Source: Microbacterium phage Nebulous
Sequence record: MT451984.1
DNA length: 32,000 bases
Strand: one strand, 5' to 3'
The translations under genes were made by a program, and so were the position numbers. Below the pieces are notes generated by a model. That model saw nothing but the letters and a program-made list of their open reading frames with translations, had not been told where the DNA came from and ran no database searches. Positions 31,474-32,000 of this stretch are shown piece after piece. Position 1 is the stretch's first letter; every line of letters starts with the position of its first letter.

Positions 31474-32000
31474 TGACCACCGAGCAGATGGACGACAAGG
31501 ACGCCATGCTCGCGGGCTTCCCGGACGCTGCCGCACAGCGTGAGGAGCGTCTGCGGGCTGCGGGCAAGACCAACCGTGAGGACGCTGAGCGTGAGCTGAA
31601 TGCCCTGCGCGGGCAGCTCAGCCAGACGGAGCCTGTCACCGAGGACGTCATCCGTGTGCGGTCCAGCGTTCGCATCGTGAACAAGAACTGGGTCGAGGTC
31701 AGCCTCCAGATCCGTCTGGCCGATGGGATGCCCTGGCTGGACTGCCTGAACAGTGATCACCCTGTTCTCATGTCCCGGCGCGCTGCGCTGTTCAGCGAGG
31801 ACCAGACGGAGTACATCACTCGTGTCATCCGTCGGTTCATCGGGATGGACGCTGGGCTGAGCTGGCGGCTGGACCCGCGCTGGGAGACCCGTGTCGGGCA
31901 GGGCGTCACCGAGTACCGCACCTGGATGGTGTTCAGCTCGCGGTCTGGTGTGGCCGTGCGGACCCGTCCCGATGGGATGTTGAACGTCTACGGTCTGTAA
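31473..32000 (+). CDS. Hypothetical protein (175 aa)
   Basis: TGATG overlap with the upstream gene. MTTEQMDDKDAMLAGFPDAAAQREERLRAAGKTNREDAEREL... Confidence 0.7.
   Translation: MTTEQMDDKDAMLAGFPDAAAQREERLRAAGKTNREDAERELNALRGQLSQTEPVTEDVIRVRSSVRIVNKNWVEVSLQIRLADGMPWLDCLNSDHPVLMSRRAALFSEDQTEYITRVIRRFIGMDAGLSWRLDPRWETRVGQGVTEYRTWMVFSSRSGVAVRTRPDGMLNVYGL

Overview
This window is a high-GC, siphovirus-like phage genome segment, probably from an actinobacterial host. The + strand from 1 to about 11.74 kb holds a tail and lysis module. It comprises the tail-protein 3' end, a tail assembly chaperone pair joined by a probable -1 frameshift at GGGGGGC, an 811-aa tape measure with an exact 22-residue repeat, three minor tail proteins, an M15 endolysin with two peptidoglycan-binding domains, a small TM protein, a TM-anchored collagen-like protein and a holin-like protein. 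A convergent terminator zone at about 11.76-11.90 kb separates this from a long minus-strand module (11.9-30.75 kb). That module encodes an RepA-like primase-helicase, a VRR-NUC nuclease, a probable ssDNA-binding protein with an acidic/SAP/basic tail, a Sak4/RecA-like ATPase, a Cas4/RecB-like exonuclease, a family A DNA polymerase, a SNF2-like helicase and a nucleotide metabolism/DNA modification island. A 430-bp divergent control region (30.75-31.19 kb) precedes two rightward genes. Main finding: the 23.1-29.1 kb island looks like an undescribed cytosine hypermodification cassette. It contains a thymidylate synthase-fold protein with the Asn->Asp change expected for dCMP specificity, a dNMP kinase, a GT-A-like glycosyltransferase, a MazG-like pyrophosphatase and an aGPT-Pplase/HMUDK_hel-like protein. 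Other notable findings are a 70-nt miniature tRNA-Ala-like gene with a collapsed anticodon stem but intact G3:U70/A73, and a family of six similar promoters (TTGC.. N17-18 TA..CT), one positioned to make a leaderless mRNA. All calls come from reading the sequence; no database search was run.
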